Below, piece by piece: positions 1 through 9,740 of a DNA stretch of 64,000 nt; position 1 is the first letter of the stretch, and each line of letters starts with the position of its first letter. Where the stretch lies: positions 74,571 to 138,570 of the forward strand of contig CAVVRY010000014.1 in NCBI GenBank assembly GCA_963750735.1. The letters are read 5' to 3'. Under the pieces are notes generated by a model, which was not told where the DNA came from, made no database searches, and was given only the letters and a program-made list of their open reading frames with translations. A program made the translations under genes and the position numbers. This DNA is from an uncultured Bacteroidales bacterium (lineage in GTDB: Bacteria; Bacteroidota; Bacteroidia; Bacteroidales; VadinHA17).

Positions 1-261
1 ATCAGGCTCCAATGTTGTTGTTAGATGTTTTATAATAGAAAGAATAAATATTGCTGATCCGCTGTTTACATATTCCAATTCTACATCGACTGTTGTTATC
101 GGAGCAGGGTTATTGCAATATTCTTCTACCCAGGTAACCACAGGCTGATAAAAATCATCAGGGTCTTCATGAATTGATCTTCCTGCAATTTTAATGGAAC
201 CATTTAAATTAAGCTTAACCTGCGGTGATTTTTCGGCTCCTTCAATAAAAAAATCTTTCAT
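1..261 (-). CDS. DUF1987 / SiaC-family regulatory protein, N-terminal part only (gene runs off the left window edge)
   Basis: Own translation of the minus strand from ATG 261-259 gives MKDFFIEGAEKSPQVKLNLNGSIKIAGRSIHEDPDDFYQPVVTWVEEYCNNPAPITTVDVELEYVNSGSAIFILSIIKHL... The layout matches the ORF at 45553-45978 (I-x-G-x-S-x-x-E-D, F-[YF]-x-PV-x-W, LEY-x-N-[ST]-[SG]-S). It is not in the ORF track because there is no stop inside the window. Confidence 0.55.
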   Translation of the reverse strand, partial: MKDFFIEGAEKSPQVKLNLNGSIKIAGRSIHEDPDDFYQPVVTWVEEYCNNPAPITTVDVELEYVNSGSAIFILSIIKHLTTTLEPD

Positions 262-365
262 ATTGGTTATTTTAGCAACTTGGGTAAAAATAATAAAAGT
301 TGATCTTTAAAATTAATATTTTATACATATTTATCCACATTAGAATGATAAAATAAATATATAAT

Positions 366-1379
366 TTAAATATTCATTCTTGCATCAGGTGTTGTACTAA
401 GGGGAGCATAGTCCTTATTCAATGCCTTAAAATACCCTGTAATCGCAACCATAGCAGCATTGTCAGTAGTAAATCTAAATTCTGGTATATAAATCTTCCA
501 ATTGTGCATTTTAGCTTCACGCTCAATGGCATTTCTTAATCCGGAATTTGCTGCAACACCTCCAGCAATCCCAATATGTTTTATTCCTGTGTACTCCACA
601 GCTTTCTTAAGTTTATTAATTAAAATCTCTATAATGGTCTTTTGTATTGATGCAGCTAGATCGGCCTTGTTTTTATTAATAAAATCAGGATCAATTTTTA
701 ATTGATCTCGTACAAAATATAAAAAAGAAGTTTTTAAGCCACTAAAACTATAATCAAAACCGGAAATTTTTGGCTTTGAAAAACGAAACGCATCCTCATT
801 GCCTTCCTTTGAGAGCTTATCAATTACGGGTCCACCAGGATATGTAAGCCCCATAACTTTTGCACATTTATCAAATGCTTCGCCCGCTGCATCGTCAATG
901 GTCTTTCCAATAACATTTATTTTTTGAAAATTATCCATAACTACCAGTTGGGTATGTCCACCTGATACCAATAAACATAAAAATGGAAAAACAGGTAATG
1001 TATCTTCTCTTCCTTCGTTTTTAATAAAATGTGATAAAATATGGGCATGGAGATGATTGACTTCAATTAATGGAATATTAAGTGATAAAGCAAGTCCTTT
1101 TGCAAATGAGGTTCCAACTAGTAGAGATCCCAGCAAACCAGGTCCTCTTGTAAAAGCAATTGCATCCAACTCGTTCAGTTTTACTTTGGCGGAAAGTAAA
1201 GCCTGATCAACCACCGGGATAATGTTCTGCTGGTGAGCTCGGGATGCTAATTCCGGAACAACCCCACCAAATTTCTCATGAACCTCCTGGGAGGCCATAA
1301 TATTCGATAGCACATATCCATCCTTCACAACCGCAGCTGAAGTATCATCACATGAAGATTCAATACCTAAAATAATCAT
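366..1379 (-). CDS. tsaD: tRNA N6-adenosine threonylcarbamoyltransferase TsaD (Kae1/Gcp family)
   Basis: 337 aa. N-terminus is ILGIESSCDDTSAAV, the metal-binding site is NHLHAHIL, and GGVAANS lies near the C-terminus. Length and motifs are typical of TsaD. Confidence 0.95.
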   Translation of the reverse strand: MIILGIESSCDDTSAAVVKDGYVLSNIMASQEVHEKFGGVVPELASRAHQQNIIPVVDQALLSAKVKLNELDAIAFTRGPGLLGSLLVGTSFAKGLALSLNIPLIEVNHLHAHILSHFIKNEGREDTLPVFPFLCLLVSGGHTQLVVMDNFQKINVIGKTIDDAAGEAFDKCAKVMGLTYPGGPVIDKLSKEGNEDAFRFSKPKISGFDYSFSGLKTSFLYFVRDQLKIDPDFINKNKADLAASIQKTIIEILINKLKKAVEYTGIKHIGIAGGVAANSGLRNAIEREAKMHNWKIYIPEFRFTTDNAAMVAITGYFKALNKDYAPLSTTPDARMNI

Positions 1380-1660
1380 CTTATTTGTTCCTGTAAATCA
1401 CTAAGTTTTAAACTTTTTTTATTTTTTTTGTACAATAAATCTTATATTATTTCCCTTTCTTTATAAATGGCCTGATTTTGGTAGTAAATTTGATGGCTTA
1501 ATCATTATTATTTTTTAGAGTTGATTGCATAAAGATCAAAAATATCAAAAAAAAATTACTTAAAATATTCTATATTTTTCTGCTGGCAATTATAGCAATT
1601 CCAGTTGCTGCATTCTTTACCTTAAAAAGTCCAAAAGTACAAACATGGCTGGCAAATCGT

Positions 1661-4600
1661 GTGACGGTAATTATTTCTGAAAATCTGAATGCAAAGTTTT
1701 CCATTGAATCAATAGAGTATAGATTTTTTAATAAAATACAATTAAGTAATGCCTATGTTGAAGATCAGCAGGGCGACACTCTATTGTTTGCGCCTGAAAT
1801 TAGTGCAAACATATGGCGTATAAATGGCAAAGATAGAGTTACAGAAATTGGTCGACTGACTTTAACCAATGCTCAATTTAATCTAAAATCAGATTCCGCC
1901 CAAGTTGTAAATTTAAAATTCATTACCAATCAAATAAAAGAATTAACGGATACTACTAAGAAAAGGATGAAAATTGTCATCCACAACATTGATTATATCG
2001 ATGGTGTATTTACCTTTTCAAAGCATTTAAAGAAACAAAAACTGAATGGAATAAATTTTACAGATCTTCGCATTAAGAATTTGAATTTTGCAACCAAAGG
2101 GTTTTTGACCAGGGAAGGTGGTGTTACTTTTCAAGTTAGAAATTTAAGTTTTTATGAAACCAGCGGATTTTTCATGAAAGATATGGATGCCGAAGTTAAA
2201 GTATTCAATGATGAATTAAGTTTTAGTAATGTTCGACTAGAAACGGAAGATACAAGAATAAATTCAGAGCTAATTAGTCTGAATTTTAAAAACTATTCGG
2301 AATTCCAAAATTTCAGTAATAGGGTGAATCTTGATATCACTATTAATAACTCGAATATATTTCTTCCCGACCTTGCCTATTTTATTCCAATGATAAATAT
2401 TCTTGATCATTCTATAAGTTTTTCTGGTAAAATTCAAGGCAAAATTGCAAATCTTCATGGTAGGAACATAGATGTTAAATATGGATCTGAAACTAACTTG
2501 AATGGCAAGTTTGATATTTCAGGCCTTCCCCATATTGATGAAACATTTTGGTATTTAAATCTTGACCATTTGAATATTTACCCCCTGGATATTGCTTATT
2601 TATATAACTCTATTGCAGGCAAGAATATTAGCATTCCTGAAAATATCCTTCAACTTGATCAGATACATTTTTTCGGAGTTTTTAGTGGTTTCTATAACGA
2701 TTTTGTTAGTTACGGAAAGTTTGAAACGCTCCTTGGGGATATTTCAACTGACATATCCATCGTCCCTGACGAAGAAAAATCTGTTCGTTTAAAAGGGAAA
2801 TTAGACGCCCAGGAATTTGATATTGGCAAGTTTGTCTCAACCGATGGGTTAATTCAGAAAATGAATATGAATGTTGAAGTAAATGGAACGATATTTCAGG
2901 ATAAATCAATAAGTGGGGAGTTAAAAGGAAATATTGCCAGCGTGGAAATTAATAAGTACAACTATCAAAATATTAAGCTGGATGGGATGTTTCTTGAAAA
3001 GTCATTTGATGGAAGTATTTCCATTGATGATCCAAACATAAAATTTGATTTCCTGGGGTTGGTTGATTTTACTGCAGAAGAACCCGAGTTCGACTTTACT
3101 TTAAATCTTCCCTATGCACATTTATATAACCTGAACATAAACCCCAATGATACTACCTCAAATTTATCGCTTTTAATGACCGCTAATTTTACAGGTAGTA
3201 GTCCTGAAAATATGAATGGGACAATTAAGTTACTCAATGCCAAGTACACGCTACATAACAAGGAAATTGAAGGATATGATTTTAGTCTGATAGGGAGGAG
3301 TCATTCTGACTCAAGTTGGATAGTATTGAACACCGAATACCTGGATGCCAGCTTAATAGGCAAATATCAATTTGATAAAATAATCCCATCCTTGAAATTT
3401 ATTCAGGCAAGTTTCTTGCCGGCAACTTTAGGCGAACCACCTGATACGGCAGGTATCTACAAAAATAATTTCTACTTTGAGGCCAAAGTAAAAAATGCCG
3501 ATAAATTGAGCGATTTTTTTGCTCCCTCTATTTGGATTGCTCCGGGAGCAGAAATTACCGGCTGGTTTCAACCATCTCAGAAACAATTACTTTTGGAAGG
3601 AAGTGCCAACTACTTCTATGCTCGACAAAATATTTTAGAGAAGCCATTTTTTATTCTCGCCTCCGAGGAACTTACCAACCTTTCATTTAATCTCACGAGT
3701 GAAAATGTAATTATAAACGACAATCTTAATTTCGAGGATTTTGATTTTCATTCTGAGGCACGAAATGACTCCCTTGTTGTTGGTATTAGCTGGTTAAAAA
3801 CAGATTCGGTTGAATATGCTGGGGACATGGAAATCCTGACAAAATTCAGTAGAAGTAAAACAACAAATAATTTGAAGGCTTTAATTGAAATACCTTCTTC
3901 TGATATTATTCACAACAATATCCCATGGAATATTAATAAAAGTTCTGTGATTGTTGATTCAACCTCCTTCCATTTTAAAGATATTCTGCTGAGAAGTAAT
4001 GACATCTTCCTTGGGGTGAATGGAACTATTAGTGAATCAGCCTCAGATACACTTTTTTTAAATGCGCAAAACTTTATCTTAAATACTAAAGGACTGGTTA
4101 AAGATAAATTATCAATAAAAGGTATAGTTAGTGGGGATGCAAAGGTTTCTGGAATATATGATACACTTTTGTTTTTGTCACACATGAATTTTAGTGATTT
4201 ATATATTAACGACGAAGCTCTTGGTGAGGGTATATTTATAACTGAATGGGCCCCAGGGTCAAATGCCATTCAATTGCTTGCCTCAACTAAAAAAGGGAGT
4301 GTTGAACAACTTCATGCTATCGGTAATTATGTCCCACAAAACAAATTCATCGATCTCGATATAAATCTGGAAAAGTTAAGAGTTTCAATGTTTCAACCAT
4401 TTATTAGCGTTATTAGTAGTGAGCTGGGAGGCATGGTAACAGGTAATTTAACCTTAAAAGGGAAACAAGGAGACCTTGGTTTAAATGGAAATTTGGATTT
4501 CCAGAAAACCAGTATGATGTTGGATTATACAAATACCAGATATTCATTTGCGGATAGAATCTTGGTGCGTAATAATGAATTTTTATTCTCTAACCTTGAA

Positions 4601-6007
4601 GCATTTGATAGCCTTGGGAATAAAGCTGTATTAAACGGTAAAATTTCAGCTTATAAATTAAAGGAACTTGCTGTAAATTTAAAGTTAGAGACTACTGATC
4701 TGATGGTACTGAATCTGACTGAAGACCAAAATGACCTTTTTTATGGAGATGCATTTGCATCCGGAGTTATTTCTATTTATGGTCCTACAAAAGAGCTTAC
4801 CATTGATGCAAATGCCAGAACAGAAGCTGGCACTGATTTTAAGATCCCTTTAGATAAGGGAAGGGTTTTAGAAGACCTGAGTTATGTTACATTTATCAAA
4901 AAAGAAGTGAAAGAGGATCAAACCAGGTTAAGAAGACCTGTTCGTCGGATAGAAATTGATGAAGGTAAAAACCTACTCTTTAATATAAACCTTGTAGTAA
5001 CCCCTGAGGCCCAAGCAACCTTGCAATTTGAACCAGCAAGTGGAGGATCTCTAGCTGTAAATGGTGCTGGTGAGTTAAGAATGGGTATAAACAGAGAAAA
5101 AACAATGAACCTGTCAGGAGAATACATTATTGACGAGGGGATTTACAATTTTACATTGAGCAACCTGATAAATAAAAGATTTGATGTTAAACAGGGAAGT
5201 AAGATAATATGGAATGGGGATCCTTCCAATGCAAGGTTAGATGTTACAGCTGTGTATCAGGTCAGAACTTCACTTCAAAATTTATTTAATGATGATCAAT
5301 ACCAAAGAAGGATTCCTGTTGATTGCGAAATTAAATTAACCGGAAATTTGGGAACACCAATTATTCAATTCAATATAACCCTACCCACAGCAGATGAAGA
5401 TACCAAATCTAAACTGGCAAACTCAATTACTACAGAGGAAGAACTGAACAAGCAATTTCTTTCTTTGCTTATTATTAATAGTTTCGTTCAAGCTGATAAC
5501 CCGCTTGCAGCAGGTGATGCTTTTTCAGTAACCACATTTGAAATGTTATCAAATCAATTGAGTAATTGGATCTCCCAAATTAGCAACGACTTCGATATAG
5601 GTTTTCATTATCGTCCGGGTGATGAGGTCTCCAGTGAAGAAATTGAAGTAGCCCTTTCAACGCAGATCTTAAATGACAGAGTGCTTATTAACAGCAACAT
5701 AGATGTTGGCAGAAAGGAAGAAACCAATACCAATCAAACCAGCAACGTTGTTGGCGACGTATCAGTAGAAGTAAAAATTGACAAGCGTGGCAAATTCAGA
5801 GTTAAAGCATTTACCAGGCCTCACGACAATTTGTATTATGGTTCAAGCTCAACTCCTTATGTATCTGGAGTAGGAATATTTTTCAAGGAGGAGTTTAATT
5901 CATTCGGATCATTGGTTAAAGGGTACTGGAATAAAATATTTAAATCAAAAGAGGAAAAAGCCAAGAAAGAACAAAAGAAGAAGGCTGAAGCAGCTTCAAT
6001 TCAATAA
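1661..6007 (+). CDS. tamB: Translocation/assembly module TamB-like protein (DUF490 C-terminal domain)
   Basis: 1448-aa beta-rich, Asn/Ser-rich protein with a long repetitive central region and a conserved C-terminal block. It lies divergent from tsaD, as is common in Bacteroidota. The frame is open back to 1502 and encodes the expected N-terminal signal anchor, so the true start is probably upstream of the GTG at 1661 (see finding). Confidence 0.8.
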   Translation: MTVIISENLNAKFSIESIEYRFFNKIQLSNAYVEDQQGDTLLFAPEISANIWRINGKDRVTEIGRLTLTNAQFNLKSDSAQVVNLKFITNQIKELTDTTKKRMKIVIHNIDYIDGVFTFSKHLKKQKLNGINFTDLRIKNLNFATKGFLTREGGVTFQVRNLSFYETSGFFMKDMDAEVKVFNDELSFSNVRLETEDTRINSELISLNFKNYSEFQNFSNRVNLDITINNSNIFLPDLAYFIPMINILDHSISFSGKIQGKIANLHGRNIDVKYGSETNLNGKFDISGLPHIDETFWYLNLDHLNIYPLDIAYLYNSIAGKNISIPENILQLDQIHFFGVFSGFYNDFVSYGKFETLLGDISTDISIVPDEEKSVRLKGKLDAQEFDIGKFVSTDGLIQKMNMNVEVNGTIFQDKSISGELKGNIASVEINKYNYQNIKLDGMFLEKSFDGSISIDDPNIKFDFLGLVDFTAEEPEFDFTLNLPYAHLYNLNINPNDTTSNLSLLMTANFTGSSPENMNGTIKLLNAKYTLHNKEIEGYDFSLIGRSHSDSSWIVLNTEYLDASLIGKYQFDKIIPSLKFIQASFLPATLGEPPDTAGIYKNNFYFEAKVKNADKLSDFFAPSIWIAPGAEITGWFQPSQKQLLLEGSANYFYARQNILEKPFFILASEELTNLSFNLTSENVIINDNLNFEDFDFHSEARNDSLVVGISWLKTDSVEYAGDMEILTKFSRSKTTNNLKALIEIPSSDIIHNNIPWNINKSSVIVDSTSFHFKDILLRSNDIFLGVNGTISESASDTLFLNAQNFILNTKGLVKDKLSIKGIVSGDAKVSGIYDTLLFLSHMNFSDLYINDEALGEGIFITEWAPGSNAIQLLASTKKGSVEQLHAIGNYVPQNKFIDLDINLEKLRVSMFQPFISVISSELGGMVTGNLTLKGKQGDLGLNGNLDFQKTSMMLDYTNTRYSFADRILVRNNEFLFSNLEAFDSLGNKAVLNGKISAYKLKELAVNLKLETTDLMVLNLTEDQNDLFYGDAFASGVISIYGPTKELTIDANARTEAGTDFKIPLDKGRVLEDLSYVTFIKKEVKEDQTRLRRPVRRIEIDEGKNLLFNINLVVTPEAQATLQFEPASGGSLAVNGAGELRMGINREKTMNLSGEYIIDEGIYNFTLSNLINKRFDVKQGSKIIWNGDPSNARLDVTAVYQVRTSLQNLFNDDQYQRRIPVDCEIKLTGNLGTPIIQFNITLPTADEDTKSKLANSITTEEELNKQFLSLLIINSFVQADNPLAAGDAFSVTTFEMLSNQLSNWISQISNDFDIGFHYRPGDEVSSEEIEVALSTQILNDRVLINSNIDVGRKEETNTNQTSNVVGDVSVEVKIDKRGKFRVKAFTRPHDNLYYGSSSTPYVSGVGIFFKEEFNSFGSLVKGYWNKIFKSKEEKAKKEQKKKAEAASIQ

Positions 6008-6140
6008 AATCCATCTTGGCAATAATTTATGGTTTAAAAACATTCTTATTCTTCGGAAAATTCTTTTTCTTTGCACCTAATCTTAGTAAAAAACCTTAAA
6101 TCTACTTTATCCCATTATAAACTAATTAAGATTCTTTGTT

Positions 6141-7565
6141 ATGTATATTGCAATGATTGTTCTCTTTATTCTCGGGTATACTGCAATTGCCCTTGAACAT
6201 CCTCTCAAAATCGATAAGGCTGCCTCAGCATTGTTATTGGGTGTCCTTATTTGGGTTATATATATTTTTGGGGCCTCAGAAATTGTTCCAAATCTTGAAC
6301 TCTTTAAAGAATATGTAAGAAATGATCCTGAAGCGAGTCATTTAAACCTGATCAAACAAGTTCAACATTTTATTGTTGATCACGAGCTGGTTCATCACCT
6401 GGGGAAAACCTCTGAAATATTATTTTTCCTGCTTGGTGCCATGACAATTGTTGAAAATGTTGATACACACCAGGGATTCAAAGTGATTACAGATAGAATT
6501 AAGACTACCAATAAGGTAAAACTTCTTTGGATCCTTAGTTTTATTACATTTTTCATGTCAGCTGCTCTTGATAACTTAACAACAACCATTGTTATTATTG
6601 CACTTCTACGAAAGTTGATAGCTGATAAAAAAGATCGGTGGTTTTTTGCCAGTATGGTAGTTTTGGCAGCAAATGCAGGTGGGGCATGGTCGCCCATTGG
6701 TGATGTTACTACCATTATGCTCTGGATTGGAGAGCAAGTTTCTACCGTTCGTATCATTGTAGATGTTTTCTTACCAAGCATGGTTACTATGCTTGTGCCA
6801 TTGATTATACTTACATTTACAATTAAAGGTGACGTTCAAAAACCAGATCTGAGTGAAATAAATAATGGTGATAGTGGAGAAGAAATTGAAAAACCATGGG
6901 TACAAAAATTCATGTTCTTATTGGGAGTTGGATCATTATTGTTTGTACCAGTATTTAAGACTGTAACACATCTCCCACCCTATATGGGAATGTTACTTGG
7001 CTTAGGCAACATGTGGTTGATTACCGACATTATGCACAGGCACAGACCTATTGAATTTAAAAAGAAATTTACGATTGTTGGTGTTTTGAAAAAAGTTGAG
7101 GTTCCAACAATATTCTTCTTCCTTGGTATTCTTATGGCAGTAGCATCACTTGAATCAGCCGGGCATTTAAGGCAATTGGCTGAATTTCTTGATGAGCACC
7201 TTCATAATGTATTCTTAATTGACCTGGCCATTGGAATGCTTTCAGCCATTGTTGATAATGTACCACTGGTTGCAGGAGCTATGGGTATGTATCCCATCCA
7301 TACCGATATTTCTTTAAGTGCTATTACAAATCCGGAAGCTCTTGAATATGCAAAATACTTTGTTCATGATGGTATTTTCTGGCAATTCCTGGCTTACACT
7401 GCCGGAACAGGTGGAAGTATCCTAATTATTGGTTCTGCAGCTGGTGTAGCAGCAATGGGTCTTGAAAAAATTGATTTCATCTGGTACATGAAAAAAATCA
7501 GTATTCTTGCTTTAATTGGTTACCTTGCAGGAGCTGGGACCTATTACTTAATGTTTGGAATGTAA
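6141..7565 (+). CDS. nhaD: Na+/H+ antiporter NhaD-type permease (ArsB/NhaD superfamily)
   Basis: 474 aa, polytopic throughout. Contains SAALDNLTTT and AIVDNVPLV segments typical of NhaD/ArsB-fold ion transporters. Confidence 0.7.
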   Translation: MYIAMIVLFILGYTAIALEHPLKIDKAASALLLGVLIWVIYIFGASEIVPNLELFKEYVRNDPEASHLNLIKQVQHFIVDHELVHHLGKTSEILFFLLGAMTIVENVDTHQGFKVITDRIKTTNKVKLLWILSFITFFMSAALDNLTTTIVIIALLRKLIADKKDRWFFASMVVLAANAGGAWSPIGDVTTIMLWIGEQVSTVRIIVDVFLPSMVTMLVPLIILTFTIKGDVQKPDLSEINNGDSGEEIEKPWVQKFMFLLGVGSLLFVPVFKTVTHLPPYMGMLLGLGNMWLITDIMHRHRPIEFKKKFTIVGVLKKVEVPTIFFFLGILMAVASLESAGHLRQLAEFLDEHLHNVFLIDLAIGMLSAIVDNVPLVAGAMGMYPIHTDISLSAITNPEALEYAKYFVHDGIFWQFLAYTAGTGGSILIIGSAAGVAAMGLEKIDFIWYMKKISILALIGYLAGAGTYYLMFGM

Positions 7566-7587
7566 ATGAATTAAACCTTTTTAAAAG

Positions 7588-7626
7588 ACGAGATATAATA
7601 ATTGAAACTATATCTCGTTTTTTTTA
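7588..7626 (+). terminator. Rho-independent terminator after nhaD
   Basis: A 10-bp stem (acgagatata, 7588-7597, pairs with tatatctcgt, 7609-7618) is followed by a T8 run. Confidence 0.7.
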
Positions 7627-7650
7627 TAATTTCGCAAAAACTATTCTAAA

Positions 7651-8349
7651 ATGAATTTATTATTATTTATCACCCAAATTCAACTTGAAGACACTGCCGC
7701 ACAGGCAATAGACCAGGAAGGAGAAATTACTTTACACTTTTGGGAACTGGCCTTTAAAGGTGGGCCTGTTATGATTCCGATCATACTTCTTTCCATAATT
7801 GCAGTGTATATTTTCTTTGAAAGATTTTTTGTTATCAGGCAGGCTCAAAAAGAGGATGATCTTTTAATGAACAGAATAAAGGATTATATACACGATGGGA
7901 AAGTAGATGCAGCTCTTGCTTTATGTAAATCACAGGAAAGCCCTGTATCAAGAATGCTTGAAAAAGGAATCCAAATGATTGGAAGACCAATTAGAGATGT
8001 CAACGCAGCACTTGAAAATGTTGGCAGACTTGAGATTTATAAACTAGAAAAAGGACTTCCTACTTTAGCAACAGCGGCTGGGGGAGCCCCTATGATTGGA
8101 TTTCTGGGTACAGTAATGGGAATGATTATTGCATTCTATGACATGTCAAATGCAGGAAATAATATAAATGTCGCCTTACTCTCAAACGGAATATACACTG
8201 CCATGGTTACCACAGTAGCTGGTCTAATTGTTGGTATCATAGCCTATTTTGCTTATAATATACTAGTTGCTAAAGTTGAGAAGGTAGTTTTTATGCTTGA
8301 AGCAAGAACATCTGAATTTATAGACCTGCTTAACGAACCGGTAAATTAA
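7651..8349 (+). CDS. exbB: MotA/TolQ/ExbB proton-channel family protein
   Basis: 232 aa with three TM segments and a conserved ...AAGGAPMIGFLGTVMGMI... channel helix. It is followed by exbD and a tonB-like gene. Confidence 0.85.
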   Translation: MNLLLFITQIQLEDTAAQAIDQEGEITLHFWELAFKGGPVMIPIILLSIIAVYIFFERFFVIRQAQKEDDLLMNRIKDYIHDGKVDAALALCKSQESPVSRMLEKGIQMIGRPIRDVNAALENVGRLEIYKLEKGLPTLATAAGGAPMIGFLGTVMGMIIAFYDMSNAGNNINVALLSNGIYTAMVTTVAGLIVGIIAYFAYNILVAKVEKVVFMLEARTSEFIDLLNEPVN

Positions 8350-8371
8350 TACAAAAATATTAAATATATAA

Positions 8372-8764
8372 ATGGCCATTCAATCAAGAAATAAGGTTAG
8401 TGTTGCGTTCAGCATGTCAGGGATGACTGATATAGTTTTCCTATTGCTCATTTTCTTTATGATTACCTCTACCCTAATTCACCCAACTGCTTTGAAGTTG
8501 CTATTGCCGCAAAGCAAACACCAGACTTCTGCAAAGCCATTTACAACCGTCTCAATCACTCGAGATATTAGGTATTTTATTGAAGATCAGCCAATTGAAT
8601 TCAGCAGTTTAGAGCCCCTTTTGCAGCAAAAATTAGGCAATAATCCTGAAACATATATTTCATTACATGTAGATAAAAAAGTGCCGGTCGAGTATCTTGT
8701 AAAGGTTATGAATATTGCAAAAAACAACAATTATAAGGTAATACTGGCCACCAGTCCAGACTAA
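8372..8764 (+). CDS. exbD: Biopolymer transporter ExbD/TolR
   Basis: 130 aa with a single N-terminal TM (MTDIVFLLLIFFMITS) and a periplasmic domain. Operon position is between the exbB and tonB-like genes. Confidence 0.85.
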   Translation: MAIQSRNKVSVAFSMSGMTDIVFLLLIFFMITSTLIHPTALKLLLPQSKHQTSAKPFTTVSITRDIRYFIEDQPIEFSSLEPLLQQKLGNNPETYISLHVDKKVPVEYLVKVMNIAKNNNYKVILATSPD

Positions 8765-9712
8765 TTGAGCTATTTTATAAAACATAAGAGAGGTATAATA
8801 GGAACATCATCATTTCATCTTGTTCTGGCCGTTATATTGATCTTTTTTGGCTTTATTACTCCCCTACCTTTACCTGAAGAAGAAGGTATTCTAATTAATT
8901 TTGGAACTGATGACCTGGGTGCAGGCTTAATTGAACCTTCTGCTGGAATAACACCAGAGGTAGTGACACCGGAACCTGCAGCTACACCGCCTGAATCTGC
9001 CCTTTCTTCTTCAACCGAAGACCCTGAATCAGAAAAAATCTTGACACAGGAGAATGAGGAAGCCATTGCAGTTCCATCAGGTAAAAAAGAGGAGGTAAAG
9101 AAGCCTGATCCAAAAAAAATTGAAGCTGAACGAAAAAGGCAGGAAGCTATTGAGGCTGAGCGAAAAAGGAATGAGGCTATTGAAGCCGAAAGAAAAAGGC
9201 AGGAAGCAATAGAAGCTGAAAGAAAGAGGCAGGAGGAAATTGAAAGAAAAAGGATAGAGGAGGAACAAAGAAAGATTAAAGAAATAGAAGATAGAACTAA
9301 AAATGCATTCTCTTCAGGAAGAAATGCAGCATCTAATCAGAGTAGTAGTGAAGGAGTAACTTCCGGGGCTGGAAATCAGGGTGGTGTTGATGGATCTACA
9401 GAATCTAAAAACTACGCAGGCAAGGGCTTAGGTAATGAAGGAATTTCCTATAGTCTCTCCGGGCGAACACCTCAGTCACTCCCAAAACCAGCTTACAAAT
9501 ACCAGGTAGAAGGGAAGGTTGTGGTTGAAGTTACAGTAGACCGCAATGGTAAAGTAACCAAAGCCACCCCGGGTGTTAAAGGCTCAACAACACTTGATGA
9601 AAACTTATTGAGTGCTGCAAGAAAAGCAGCTATGGCCGCACAGTTTGACAAGAATCCGGATGCACCGGCTTTTCAAAAAGGGACTATTACCTATCACTTT
9701 ACGTTGCAATAA
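8765..9712 (+). CDS. Energy transducer TonB-family protein
   Basis: 315 aa with a TTG start directly after the exbD stop. It has an N-terminal anchor, a Pro/Glu-rich spacer and a Glu/Lys/Arg repeat spacer. The C-terminal TonB_C-like domain reads YQVEGKVVVEVTVDRNGKV...QKGTITYHF. Confidence 0.8.
   Translation: MSYFIKHKRGIIGTSSFHLVLAVILIFFGFITPLPLPEEEGILINFGTDDLGAGLIEPSAGITPEVVTPEPAATPPESALSSSTEDPESEKILTQENEEAIAVPSGKKEEVKKPDPKKIEAERKRQEAIEAERKRNEAIEAERKRQEAIEAERKRQEEIERKRIEEEQRKIKEIEDRTKNAFSSGRNAASNQSSSEGVTSGAGNQGGVDGSTESKNYAGKGLGNEGISYSLSGRTPQSLPKPAYKYQVEGKVVVEVTVDRNGKVTKATPGVKGSTTLDENLLSAARKAAMAAQFDKNPDAPAFQKGTITYHFTLQ
9119..9238. repeat. 4 x 30-bp in-frame tandem repeat inside the tonB-like gene, encoding (IEAERKRQEA)n
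   Basis: Read directly: attgaagctgaacgaaaaaggcaggaagct recurs four times with a few substitutions. The repeats are in frame with the 8765-9712 CDS. Confidence 0.9.
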
Positions 9713-9740
9713 AGTTTCAGGAAAAGAAAAGGTCAAAAAC

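Noticed and set aside
6395-6781. 128-aa ORF antisense to nhaD
   Set aside because: It is entirely embedded on the opposite strand of a long, well-supported transporter gene. Its composition is odd (Ser/Thr/Met/Val-rich mirror of TM codons) and it has no recognisable motifs. The same reasoning applies to the other antisense ORFs at 502-705, 2270-2458, 2706-2909, 3910-4269 and 4918-5127.
8815-9268. ORFs 8815-9066 and 9077-9268 antisense to the tonB-like gene
   Set aside because: They are mirror images of the Pro/Glu-rich and repeat regions of tonB. Their low-complexity translations (FSF..., SSG...) are typical of antisense artefacts.
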